Both the position numbers and the translations under genes were made by a program. The notes under the pieces are model-generated. The model did no database searches. It saw only the letters and a program-made list of their open reading frames with translations, and was not told the DNA's origin. This document shows, in pieces, positions 40,735 to 53,634 of a stretch of DNA of 64,000 bases. Source of the DNA: Eledone cirrhosa (taxonomy: Eukaryota); NCBI GenBank assembly GCA_964016885.1, contig OZ024742.1, positions 347,572,001 to 347,636,000 on the forward strand. Reading direction: 5' to 3'. Within the stretch, counting starts at the first letter, position 1. Each line of letters opens with the position of its first letter.

Positions 40735-42544
40735 GCAGCATGGTTTATAAATGTTATTGAGACACGAGTAACATAATAATGATGTCAACAGCAGAAATTA
40801 GAGATGAAATGTATGTTTATTTTTGTTGTAGCACAAATAATTGTTTCTACTTTTTGGCACAAGGCCAGCAATTACTCAGTACATTACTGGTACTTTATTT
40901 TATCGACCCCGTAAGGATGAAAGGCAAAGTTAACCTCGACAAATAATGTTGGTTAACTTGTATGGTTGAAGTTACACATAAAATGAGGTTACAAAAGGGA
41001 ATGTGCCATTGCGCCGGAAAGCCGGCAGGCTAAGGTGCAAAATCTCACCGTCACATGTACGTGTTGCTGGTTCGAAGTTCCTGGTGCGAGAGGAAGATTC
41101 TTCAAATCTTCGCGGGGAATTTCTCCCTCAGGACGCGTAGGGATACATCCTCTTCTACTGGCGTTGATTGGCTGAGCTGAGCCAAATCATGCACAGAGAA
41201 TGTATGTGAGCCCGCAGAATGTAGGTCACTACAATAGTCCCCCTCTAGACGGAAGTCGATACAGATTATTGAATCAGCAAGAACAAATGCTGAAAGAGCA
41301 CATCAGTGAAAAAAATAATTGAGCAGAAGGATGCATGCAAGAAAAAAAAATGAGGCGCTAAGGGCCGTGTTGAGCCGCTGTGTCAAATGACTAGCTGTTT
41401 TGTAGTTTATACGTGACCACCAAAGGTCTAACAGAAAACGGATAAAGTCTGACTTGGGCGAAGTTGCCGTTCTTGCATTAAATGTTAATGGTAAGTGTTG
41501 TACCAGTCGCTGTGGATGAAGCTATTATGGTAGTTTACCAGTGCTGGCAAGAAGATGATGGGTAGGCGAGAAAATGTTGGCCTCCCAGATGTATTGCCGA
41601 AAGTGCTAGGGAGCCAGGTAAAAATGGCTGGTTGCTTTGAAAAGAAAAAAAAGCAAGCTGAATCTGTAGGTGGGTTGCAGTGTCAATTCCATAATTCGAG
41701 CGAATCCACAGAAGTGGTGGAAATGCTGACAAGTCCAGTTCTATTTGTTGTTTTCCCAGTGAGTCGGGTAAGGTAACAAAATGGAGGTTGTTATGGACGA
41801 TGAGTGTGCAACGAGATGCGAAACTGTTTGAGTTCAGCTGCAATTAGCATTCTCGTGTTGCGGTGCCTGTTTGAGTCCAGGTGAATTAAGCTCTATGAGT
41901 CGCTAGCATGTGACGGCACCTCAACCAGGTGAAAAGGGATCTCGCAGAATATTACGTTTGAAGAACATATACTAAGCACAACATGTTGGTCGGTGACAAA
42001 GAAATGTGTGCATATGCAGGCATGTAAAACAGCAAAGAATGTGAATGAATAAAAACCATGAGCAAGAAAATAGCAAAAGAGCACAAAACAAGTAAATGCA
42101 TTTTACAAAGAAATATGTGACTGTAACAAACTGATAATTCAAAGTCAATATAAGGGAGCAGAGAAATTAATGCTCAATGATAAGTTCAAAGTTTTTCAAA
42201 GTCAAATAGTTCACACATCACCAGTGTACAGACTTTCTGACACTAGTTCTATCTGAAAACTGAAAAAGAAGTTTGTTAATGCCACTAGGGGTTAGATGTA
42301 TATTGTTTTTGAGAGTTTTTGTGGCCATTTTACCGTCCTGCCACCTTGTGTGACATAAGGTTGTGTTGCTTGTTTGTATTGCAGGAAGCCGTCTCGAAAG
42401 AAAAAAAAATGTCTCCGGGCTATAATTTTGAAAATACATGTGAAAGCATAGAAGTAAACAATATGATGTGTGGTGGTTGCGTCGGTAAGGCTATGAAGCT
42501 GCCATATCACTATTCCCTGTTGTTGGTTAGTGGTTAAACAATGT

Positions 42545-42579
<35 letters not shown>

Positions 42580-43120
42580 TTGTTGTTGTTGATTGTAGAC
42601 AGGACTTGTCGGTAGCCATTTTGAAATTTCCTCGTGGCGAAAAGTTTTTGAAATACTGCTAATTTTCTTTTTATTTTAAAAGGAATATTTTGTATTTACA
42701 ATATTCCTCACGTCAGGTCACCAATTTAGCAGCATGGTTTATAAATGTTATTGAGACACGAGTAACACAATAATGATGTCAACAGCAGAAATTAGAGATG
42801 AAATGTATGTTTATTTTGTTGTAGCACAAATAATGTTGGTTAACTTGTATGGTTGAAGTTACACATAAAATGAGGTTACAAAAGGGAATGTGCCATTGCG
42901 CCGGAAAGCCGGCAGGCCAAGGTGCAAAATCTCACCGTCACATGTACGTGTTGCTGGTTCGAAGTTCCTGGTGCGAGAGGAAGATTCTTCAAATCTTCGC
43001 GGGGAATTTCTCCCTCAGGACGCGTAGGGATACACCCTCTTCTACTGGCGTTGATTGGCTGAGCTGAGCCAAATCACGCACAGAGAATGTATGTGAGCCC
43101 GCGGAATGTAGGTCACTATA
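40731..43120 (-). mobile_element. non-autonomous LTR element B (same family as A, opposite orientation)
   Basis: LTRs 40731-41233 and 42725-43120, PBS TGGTGACCTGACGTGA, PPT, (TA)n flanks, same SINE insertion in the 3' LTR. Confidence 0.93.
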
Positions 43121-43136
43121 TATATATATATATATA

Positions 43137-43450
43137 TAACAGCACAGGCCTCGGGATGATGTCTACATTTTGTGCTTATAAAAGATTTTGTCGTAGATTA
43201 CCAGGGTTTTTTTCCATGCGAAGAAAATCAATACTTTATCGCGAAATAAATACTTTTGTTTATATTTTGTTATTGTGTATGCAAAAATATCTGTACACGA
43301 ATATATAATTATATATATATATATATTAAAATAACAGATTAAAGTTTAAGCAAAGAATCGCTTCTGAAACTAAAATAATATCTGTGAACGCAGAAGTAAA
43401 TATTTCGAAAAACGTTACACACTATATATATATATACACACACTATATAT

Positions 43451-43542
<92 letters not shown>

Positions 43543-44527
43543 CGCGTCATAATGTCGTAATGCAGACAGCCAGACATACAGACAGATATTATAAGGGCGC
43601 AACGTATCTATCTAAAAAGAGAAAGGTTAAGAATTATAGAGAGAGATCACTAAATCGCCTAATGTGGTCCCTAGGGCTTTGAAAATTTGAAAACATTTTT
43701 TCTCAAAACACTCACAGGACCATAAGTATTACAGTAAAGTTTGAAAACAATCGGTTGGGGCTTTAGGGAGCTGACAGACAGACAGATAGACAGACAGACA
43801 TTCTCTGTTTTAGATATATAGACTAGCAGAAAACCACCCGGTGGGCGGTTTTCTGCTAGCAAATCTAGTGTATATACTGATATTGTTGAGATTTGGATGA
43901 GAAATGTTTTCGGCACCACATGTTTACCGTCTCTTGGTGTGTCTTTTATGCATGTATAAATATATATGTTATCTATACGGTGAAATCTTTGAAATAAATA
44001 TATGTTAAAACGAAAAAGGAGAAAAAGAGATTAGTGACGGAAATATAAACGTTATGATATAACGATGGAAATATATAAACGTTTACGATAAAACGATGGA
44101 AATAGAAACGTTTATATATAATGATAAGCCGAAACACTCGTAAGTCGAAACACTCGTAAAGCGAAACGTATAAATAAAGATTAATGTAATGAATTTGAAA
44201 AGCATAGAGATTTGAAACCGCGTCTATTTGTTTCCTTGGCATTTTTTACAGACGGACAAACAGACAAACAAACAGAGAAATGCCCATTATATATTATAAG
44301 TAGACTTGGCATGGTGTCAAGTCAGAACCGCCTCGAACTGGTTACTTCTGGCTTGTGCAAGGTGTCTCTATAGCAACCAGCGATTCCCTCGGCCTCAGTG
44401 ACCAAAGTCAGTGGAGAGGGGAAGGCAATGTTTCTATAGCGACAGTGTTTCTCTTGGTAGTACCAAAGTGGAGAAAAGAAGGGGAAGGTAATATTTCTGT
44501 GGAACCTACATTTGAGTTTTAGGGAAG

Positions 44528-44581
<54 letters not shown>

Positions 44582-44595
44582 GAAATGCCCATATA
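43137..44595 (+). mobile_element. cluster of Helentron/HINE-like elements
   Basis: Repeated (GACA)n..TATATA(T)AGA-type ends near 43590, 43820, 44300 and 44590; ACTAGCAG start with a 37-bp hairpin at 43823-43859. Confidence 0.5.
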
Positions 44596-44599
44596 TTTC

Positions 44600-44642
<43 letters not shown>

Positions 44643-44668
44643 CACACACAGAAATCTATATATATTTC

Positions 44669-44701
<33 letters not shown>

Positions 44702-45934
44702 ATTAATAAAATAATGAATAAACAAAGAAACAGTTCCTTATATTAAAAAAATTCATCATTTTACGATCGTTTCTAGGATATATATGTGTTAGAGTTGGTA
44801 TGCATATTCTATAGATCTATGTACAATATTTATACAAACTATCAGAGGGAATATACATACCTACACATATATATGCTGTCTTCAGAAATAATGATATTTG
44901 TTTATTGAAAAAAACAAAGATTCAATACAATAGGTCTGTTTGGGAACAGGTTTTGAATTGACCAATAGAGAGATAGTGAGGGTCAAGATAGTAATATAGT
45001 AGTAGAAGAACCTTAAATTATGGGTAGAGGAAGGTAGATTTTAGTTTTGGATGGAAAAGAATATTATGAATGAAGGATTATTTTAGGGAAGAAAATAGGT
45101 CGTATGCTGCCCTCAGAAATAATTTTATTTGTTCATTGAATAAAACCAACAAAGATCTAATATATTCTGTCTGTTTGGTAAGAGGTTTAGAATTAACCAA
45201 TAGAAAGTTATTAATTGACCAAATGGTAAAATATTTGTAATTGAAGCTTATTTTAGGGGTGAAAATAGGTCAGGTCAGTAAAAGGTATACAAGCAGTTGC
45301 TGTTATAAAGTAGTAATGCCAATGCAAATATCTAAGGAGACTAAAGTTTTACGATAAGAGTGTTAGTGAAAAAAATACATCTATGAAAAGAATATAAATT
45401 AATTTAATTGATGGGTTTATTTATATTGATAAAATTATACTAATACATATAGATATGATAAATAAGAGTTAGATGCAGTTGAAAAATGCTGTTAAAGATG
45501 AGGGGAAATTAAAAGAATATAAAAATAATATATATATATACATATACATATATATATATATATACACACATACACACACACATATACACACATATATATA
45601 TATATATATATACATATATATGTATATATATATACACGCATATATACTTATATACATATATATATACACACACATACACACTTACATATACATATAATTA
45701 TTGGGGGGGGGGGTTAAATTTATTAGTGAGAAATAATAAATATATATAGATTTCAAGGAACATAGAGTCATAACCTGAAGTTAAAGCATTATATATGTTT
45801 ACTTAATGGTATCAGTTTTAGGAAATGATAGTTGTAAGAAGGAAAGTAAAATTATGTAGTTCATCAGTAGTAGAATATTAATTATAGGTTAACTAAATTA
45901 AAAACAGTTTATATATTAATTTCTAAAGTGTATA

Positions 45935-46300
45935 TTAATTAGGTTTATAATATTTAAAGGTTTTTCTCAGTTTATGATTACACGATATTATTAATTCCTG
46001 TCGCTTATTTAATAGGATATCCTTAGATTTCATTATTTCAAAAAGTTCTTGGGAACATAATCTACATTCATATCTACTATTTTGATAAGGGGTGGCCATT
46101 TTGAGCACACTCCAGGTCAGGTCATAATCTATATTCCTCTTTCTATAACTATTAATTATTTCAGCTAGAGATGTTGTATTAGCTAGTGCGGCATTTTTAA
46201 AACTATGTTTGTGGGTATTAAATCTTACCTTAAATTTGTTAGAGGTAACTCCTATATATGAATAAATTGAGTCCTTAGTGTTAACTTTACATTTATATAT
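45935..46300 (-). pseudogene. GIY-YIG endonuclease C-terminal fragment (open frame, 5' end lost)
   Basis: IYKCKVNTKDSIYSYIGVTSNKFKVRFNTHKHSF...CRLCSQE...LNKRQELIISCNHK...* aligns by eye with elements 1 and 2. Confidence 0.88.
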
Positions 46301-46669
46301 ATCACCCCTAAAATAAGCTTCAATTACTAATATTTTACCATTTGGCCAATTATTAACTTTCTATTGGTTAATTCTAAACCTCTTACCAAACAGACAGAAT
46401 ATATTAGATCTTTGTTGGTTTTATTCAATGAACAAATAAAATTATTTCTGAGGGCAGCATACGACCTATTTTCTTCCCTAAAATAATCCTTCATTCATAA
46501 TATTCTTTTCCATCCAAAACTAAAATCTACCTTCCTCTACCCATAATTTAAGGTTCTTCTACTACTATATTACTATCTTGACCCTCACTATCTCTCTATT
46601 GGTCAATTCAAAACCTGTTCCCAAACAGACCTATTGTATTGAATCTTTGTTTTTTTCAATAAACAAATA

Positions 46670-46811
46670 TCATTATTTCTGAAGACAGCATATATATGTG
46701 TAGGTATGTATATTCCCTCTGATAGTTTGTATAAATATTGTACATAGATCTATAGAATATGCATACCAACTCTAACACATATATATCCTAGAAACGATCG
46801 TAAAATGATGA
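46670..46811 (+). ncRNA. type I hammerhead with 105-nt stem II (inverted twin 44753-44894)
   Basis: UCAUUAUUU CUGAAGA [105 nt] GAAA CGAUCG UA^ AAAUGAUGA. Confidence 0.8.
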
Positions 46812-46995
46812 ATTTTTTTAATATAAGGAACTGTTTCTTTGTTTATTCATTATTTTATTAATTTATCTTGACTCTGTTTTCCGTTTATTTTTCACCGAAA
46901 GTAGTTTTTGAATGCATCTTCTCTTTTCATGATATCCGGATTACATTGAGTTCTTCATACGGATTGGACAACCGTAAACTTTTGGTAGATTTATC

Positions 46996-47030
<35 letters not shown>

Positions 47031-47324
47031 TGTGTGTATATATATATATTACACACACAGAAATGTATATATATTTCTGTGTGTATATATATATATTTCT
47101 GTGTGTATATATATATATATATATTACACACACAGAAATGTATATATATTTCTGTGTGTGTATATATATACATATTACACACACAGAAATGTATATATAT
47201 TTCTTAGAACAAAATTATTATTAATGTTTTGCTGTTCATAACAATTGGAATTGAAAAATTACTTTTGAAATTATTAGTTATTTTACTAATGCTTAGATAT
47301 GTAAAAATGAAGCAATGTTTCTAA

Positions 47325-47517
47325 TAATTGTTTCTACTTTTGGCGCAAGGCCAGCAATTACCCAGTACATTACTGGTACTTTATTTTATCGACCCCGTGA
47401 GGATGAAAGGCAAAGTTAACCTCGGTGGTATTTGAACTCAGACCGTAAAGGGACGTAACTCCATGCTATGAATCATGGTGTCCGACTCTCTACAGATTCT
47501 GCCAATCCACCGCCCTA
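47325..47517 (-). mobile_element. Nin-like SINE
   Basis: Reverse complement of the 40345-40530 family. Confidence 0.8.
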
Positions 47518-48417
47518 ATGTCTGTACGTAATGAGGGAGTGAGAGGGGAGAGAAAGAAAGGCAGAGGTGAAGTGACGAAGTGACTCTCTCCTCCTCCTCC
47601 TCCTCCATCTCCCCATTCGTCACAGCGATAGAGGGGAGGAATGTTAGTGTGTTACAAAGAGAAAGAGTGAGAGTGAGAGAAACAGACAGACTAAAAGAGA
47701 GGGATAGCTTGAGAGAGAGAGAGAGATAGCAACCACGCGCGCACGTGTTTCCACTGTAGGACAGACAGACAGAGAAATTGCTGGTTATATATTATAAGGA
47801 GATATGTGTGTGTATTTTTTTTATATATATACACTCTCACACTACACACACTCTCTAAAACCATATTCCAAAAATAGAATTTCTTTTACAACCCTACTGT
47901 TGCCAATCCCATAGAATTTGTCTCTAGCTTACAACCCCCCCTCCCCCCCTCCCCCTCGCCACACCCATCTGAACTCTTGACCAGTCCATTAACACATATA
48001 TTTACAGAATATTTCCTTTGTTCTTAAAAACAATTTTGTTCTGTGAAGAGACACACCTACCACTACCGCTGCTGTAACTACCATGACTACACCCCACCTC
48101 ACCTCTCTATACACAAGAGTTCGTTCTCCAGTCTCCGTCTCAACAAGGAGAGGAAAAACTTACCTCAACACTAAATTTTAAATCTTAAATTTTTAGTTTT
48201 TAATTCTTATTAATTCTTTTTAATTGTAATACTCAACATTTGATAAGAGATTTTTACTAATACATCGAAACCGGTTATACTTTATATACTTTATATACTT
48301 TATATACATTATAACACTCTTTTAAAAGACCCTAGAATATATTTTCCGTACTATTTCCAACTTCACCTTTTCTCAATAACCACTATTTTGTATAGAACCT
48401 TACTTCCCTTTTCTAAT

Positions 48418-49003
48418 ATCATCATCATCATCATCGTTTAACGTCCATCTTCCACGCTCGCATGGGTTTGGACGGGAGTTTTCTCACTTGAGGTAAGAGT
48501 GGTTGTTTTACTCGCATAGGACTGTCTGGCGGGTTTTCTACGGCTGGATGCCCTTCCTAACACCAACCACGTTTACAGTGTGGACTGGGAGGTTTTTACC
48601 GTGTTACCTACACGGCCACATTACAGCGTGGACTGTGTGCTTTTTTGTCGTGACACCTACACGACCTCATTTGTTTCGGACTGGATGTTGTGGTACCAAC
48701 ATAACTTTACATAGAACGGGGTGGTGGGACGGGGGTATTTTGTTAGAGGTGCCTACTGACTGTAGTAGGTTTCACTTTGTACTTAGGTAAGGCGGGTCTT
48801 CTGTATTACTGTGTAGCGCCAAAGATCTCGGTCCAGTGACATTGTCTTGGAGAGGTGTAAGTGTGTGAGGTCGGAATTTATCAAGTCGTCCCAGGTTTTT
48901 CTGGGTCTGCCTACTCCGTGGCTACCGTCTATTTTTATTGCCCTGCACTATTTTATACAGCTGTCGTCTTTCATGCGCATCACGTGACCATACCAACGTA
49001 GTC

Positions 49004-49007
<4 letters not shown>
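48418..49007 (-). mobile_element. RTE LINE 3' fragment
   Basis: 3' UTR plus RRLRWYGHVMRM coding end; truncated at (TA)n. Confidence 0.9.
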
Positions 49008-49043
<36 letters not shown>

Positions 49044-51210
49044 TCATCATCATCATCATCATCATCATCGTTTAATGTCCTTCTACACTAGCATGGATTA
49101 GACGGGAGTAGTCCCAATTTGAGGTAAGGTGTATATATATCTGAGTATATATGTGTATATATATCTGAGTATAAGTGTGTATATATTCATATATATGTGT
49201 GTGTATATGTTTATCTGAGTATATGCGTGTATATGTATATCTGTGTATGTGTGTATATGTATATCTGAGTATGTGTGTATATATTTATCTGTGTATATAT
49301 GTGTATATGTTTATCTGTGTATATATGTTTATCTGTGTATGTGTGTGTATATGTTTATCTGTGTATGTGTGTATATGTTTATTTGTGTATGTGTGTATAT
49401 GTTTATCTGTGTATGTGTGTATATGTTTATCTGTGTATGTGTGTGTATATGTTTATCTGTGTATATGTGTGTATATGTATACCTGTGTTTGTGTGTGTAT
49501 ATATCATCATCATCCTCATTTAACGTCCACTTTCCACATTAGCATGGGTTGTCCCACTTGAGGCAAGATTGGTTGGGTGACCGTGTCTCGCCCATATAGG
49601 ACTATCTGGCAGGTTTTCTACAGCTGGATGCCCTTCCTAACAGCAACGACATTTACAGTGTGGAACTGGAACTTTTTACCGTGTTACCTACACGGCCACA
49701 TTACAGCGTGGACTGTGTGCTTTTTTCTCGTGACACCTACACGATCTCGATCTCGATCTCATTTATCTCATTTATTTGGACTGGATGTTGTGGTACCAAC
49801 TTTATAGAGGGGGGGGAGGATAGGGTAGGGGTAGTGGATTGGGGTGTATATTTGGTTAAGAGGTACCTACTGACTGTAGGTTTGGCTTTGTACATAGGCA
49901 AGGCGGGTCTTCTGTATTACTGTGTGGCGCCAAAGATCTCAGTCCAGTGACATTGTCTTAGAGAGGTGTAAGTGTGTAAGGTCGGAATTTATCAAATCAT
50001 CCCAAGTTTTTCTGGGTCTACCTACTTCGTAACTTCCATCAATTTTGATCGCCCTGCACTTTTTTTATACAGCTGTCGTCTTTCATGCACATCACGTGAC
50101 CATACCAACGTAGTCTTCTCTCGAGTAAACAACATCTGATCCCTCTTATTCCTAATTTCTCACTTAGTTCCTTTATGCTTTGCCATTCACGTATATTACT
50201 ATTACACATCCAACGGAGCATGCTTGCTTCGTTCCTTTCCAGTCTACACAGGTCCTCTGCACACAAAACCCATGTCTCACTGCAATGTAGCATTGCTGTT
50301 CGTATACAGGCATCATACAATCTGCCTTTCATTTTTAGAGAGAAACCTTTTGTGGCCAACAACGGTATAAGCTCTCTGAACTTATTCCATCCCATTCTGA
50401 CTCTGGCTACTGTACTTTTAGAGCACCCACCACCATTGCTGATTTTGTCACCCAGGTAACGGAAAGTGTCCACTATTTCTATAGAACTATCTGGGCAATA
50501 GAAGGGGCTAGTATCCTGTGAGCACTTGCTACTTATTGCACCTGAGCATCAGCCACATAAAATCTACGTTCTTAGATAGTTTACCTGTGATCCCACTACA
50601 TCTTTTATGCACCCATAGTTTGCATTTGGGACATAAAATGGAATTTCTACCTACTCCTTTCCTACACACTGAGCATGGCCATTTCCCAGAGGGCACATGT
50701 GCCCTATTTTCCTTTCTACAAACTAGAACTTTAGTCTTAGACAAGTTAACTTTAAGGCCTTTTGATTCTAGGCCATACTTCCATGTTTGTAATTTCTTCT
50801 CTAGTTCAACCATAGATTCAGCTATGAGAGTTAGATCATCTGCATATAGGAGTGCCCAAGAGCAGCCAGTCTTAAACTCCTCTGTTATAGCCTGAAGGGC
50901 AATAATAAATAGGAGGGGGCTAAGAACAGAGCCTTGATGAACACTAACTTTTACACTAAATTTTTCACTATATTCATTGTTAATTGTAACATTACTGACT
51001 GTTTCTTTATACATGGCTTGTATAGCTCTCATAAGCCATTCATCTACACCTAGGTTTCTAAGAGCCCACCAGATAATGGAGCGGAGGACTCTGTCAAAGG
51101 CTTTCTCCAGGTCTACAAAAGCTAAGTAGAGGGGTTTACTTTTAGCTAGGTACTTCTCCTGTAGTTGTCATACAAGGAAAAAGTGTCTGTGGTACTAAAA
51201 AGTGTCTGTG

Positions 51211-51957
51211 TCTAGGACCACATACAACACATAATCAGGTAATACACACATCTAGGACCACATACAACACATAATCAGGTAATACATACATCTAGGACCA
51301 CATACAACACATAATCAGGTAATACAAATATCTAGGACCACATACAACACATAATCAGGTAATACATACATCTAGGACCACATACAACACATAAGGAGGT
51401 AATACACACATCTAGGACCACATACAACACATAATCAGGTAATACAAATATCTAGGACCACATACAACACATAATCAGGTAATACATACATTTAGGACCA
51501 CATACAACACATAAGGAGGTAATACACACATCTAGGATCACATACAACACATAATCAGGTAATACAAATATCTAGGACCACATACAACACATAATCAGGT
51601 AATACATACATCTAGGACCACATACAACACACAAGCAGGTTAAAATATATTTAGGACCACATACAACACATAATCAGGTAATACAAACATCTAGGACCAC
51701 ATACAACACATAATCAGGTAATACAAACATCTAGGACCACATACAACACATAATCAGGTAATACATACATCTAGGACCACATACAACACATAAGGAGGTA
51801 ATACACACATCTAGGACCACATACAACACACAAGCAGGTAATACATACAGCTGGGACCACATGCAATACATAAGCAGGTAATACATACATCTAGGACTAC
51901 CTACAACATACAGGCAGGTAATATATACATCTAGGACCAAATACAACACACATTGTA
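51211..51957. repeat. 40-bp minisatellite (~19 units)
   Basis: Unit TCTAGGACCACATACAACACATAATCAGGTAATACATACA. Confidence 0.95.
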
Positions 51958-53634
51958 TCATGTGCTACGGACGACGCAAGAGCAATGGTCGGCCAACATA
52001 AGGGTTTCGTCACTCTTCTGAAGAGAGAAAATCTATCTGTATTTGTTGTTCATTGTGTCATTCATCGACAACACTTGGCTGCGAAGAAACTCAGCAAGCC
52101 GCTGAGCAAGTCCTTGCAGGTGGTCATTGATGTCATCAATTTTATCAAACGGCATTCCCTCAATGAACAAATTTTCCGGCAACTGTGCCAAGATAATGAC
52201 GAAGAATTTGTCAAGTTGCTCCTTCATAATGAAGTGAGGTGGCTTTCAAAGGGCAAGTGCCTTACTCACTTCTTTGAACTGTTCGACTCTATCATTGAGT
52301 TTCTGCGAGGACGCAACACAGAACTGTACAAGAAAACCCTCGATGTGAGGCAAAACTGCGCCTACCTCACCGACATCGTCGACAAATGCAATAGCGTCAT
52401 TTTGGTTAAAGCAAGGAATGCTGTGAAAAACATTCCTGGCCAAATTGAATGTCATCGAAAGGAATCTTTGTTGACGGGAATTTTATAATTTTCCTAGTGT
52501 CGCCAATGTTCAAAACATTGTAAGCGATGACCAACTCCAAATTTATACCGCTCGCCTCCGTGCGTTACAAGACAACATGGGAGAACTGTTTGTTGACCTT
52601 TTGCCGATGGACATTCCAATGTGGGTAGCATATCTCTTCATAGCTAACGTTGATGATTTGGACGTTATATTTCAGGAAGAATTCATTGAACTTCAAGCAG
52701 ATGACATGATCAAAATTAGATTTCCCAAAATAGGTGAACCCCTTTTTTGGATGCAAGAGGAAATTCAGCGTTGATTTCCATACCTATATGCAAAGGCTAA
52801 GAGATTTTCTCTGCCTTTTCCAAGCTCATACTTAGTCAAGAGGAGGTTTGGTGCTGTTTCCAGACTGCACAGTTAGGCTCGCAACCGCTACAATGTAATT
52901 ACACGTGGAGATCTCCGGCTACATCTTACGAAAATCCAGCCTGGCGTCAAAGAGTTAGCTAGACTCCATAAAGTTCAAGGGTCCCATTGAAATGAGGTCA
53001 AAGTTAAAGTAAGTTGATTTATCCAAAAACTTGGATATGCTATTGTTACAAAGCAAACTAACAATTTTTTTTATTTGTAGTTGCAGTCTGACTGGACTGG
53101 AAACCATCTACTACAATTCACTTACTCATTTGTTGTATATATTTTACCATTTACTAATAAATATACCCTCACGCGTGGTCATGAACACCCTCTTCCGTGG
53201 TCTCTAAGCTCACAAAGCAGAGGGGACATCAAGTTAGATATCAACATTTATTCTGTCCGTTTCATTAAAGGGAAAATTGGAAAGCTTTGAAATGATATAA
53301 TTGCCACTTTCTTCCAGATAAGAGCATTCTTTGGATAGACAGAGTTGCTCTTGTATAAATGTTCAAAATAATTGGTATCGCCTGGTGGGAATATAACAAA
53401 TTCAACTGGTCCTTATTCATAAAAAAGAACATTTATGTTCTTTTTTTTAAATTTATATATTTCCTTTCAAGGAATGTATTTATACTCTCAGCTGCCTGCA
53501 ATGGTATCTTTGGAATATTGTTAATCAAAATTTTAGTAATCTACTGATATCAAAATCAGTAGTATATTGAAAAATGGAAAAATAGGGTAGGGGGCGTTTT
53601 GTGATTTCGAGGGACAAAAGGTTGAGAACCTGTG
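51958..53634 (+). mobile_element. Buster/Charlie-type hAT transposon, right half
   Basis: Transposase relic CATDDARAMVG..HCVIHRQHL..EVRWLSKG..LPFPSSYL..DLRLHLT..QGSH* (stop 52990); right TIR AAAGGTTGAGAACCTGTG followed by TTGTAGAA (NNNTANNN). Confidence 0.9.

Larger units (their letters stand above)
44699..46995 (-). mobile_element. Penelope-like element 3 with ~563-bp inverted pLTRs
   Basis: Arms 44699-45262 and 46302-46865, tail to ~46995, GIY-YIG remnant in the spacer. Confidence 0.9.

Noticed and set aside
48235-48285. UUGAUAA..GAAACCGGUUA hammerhead-like remnant
   Set aside because: Two core mismatches and no clear stem I.
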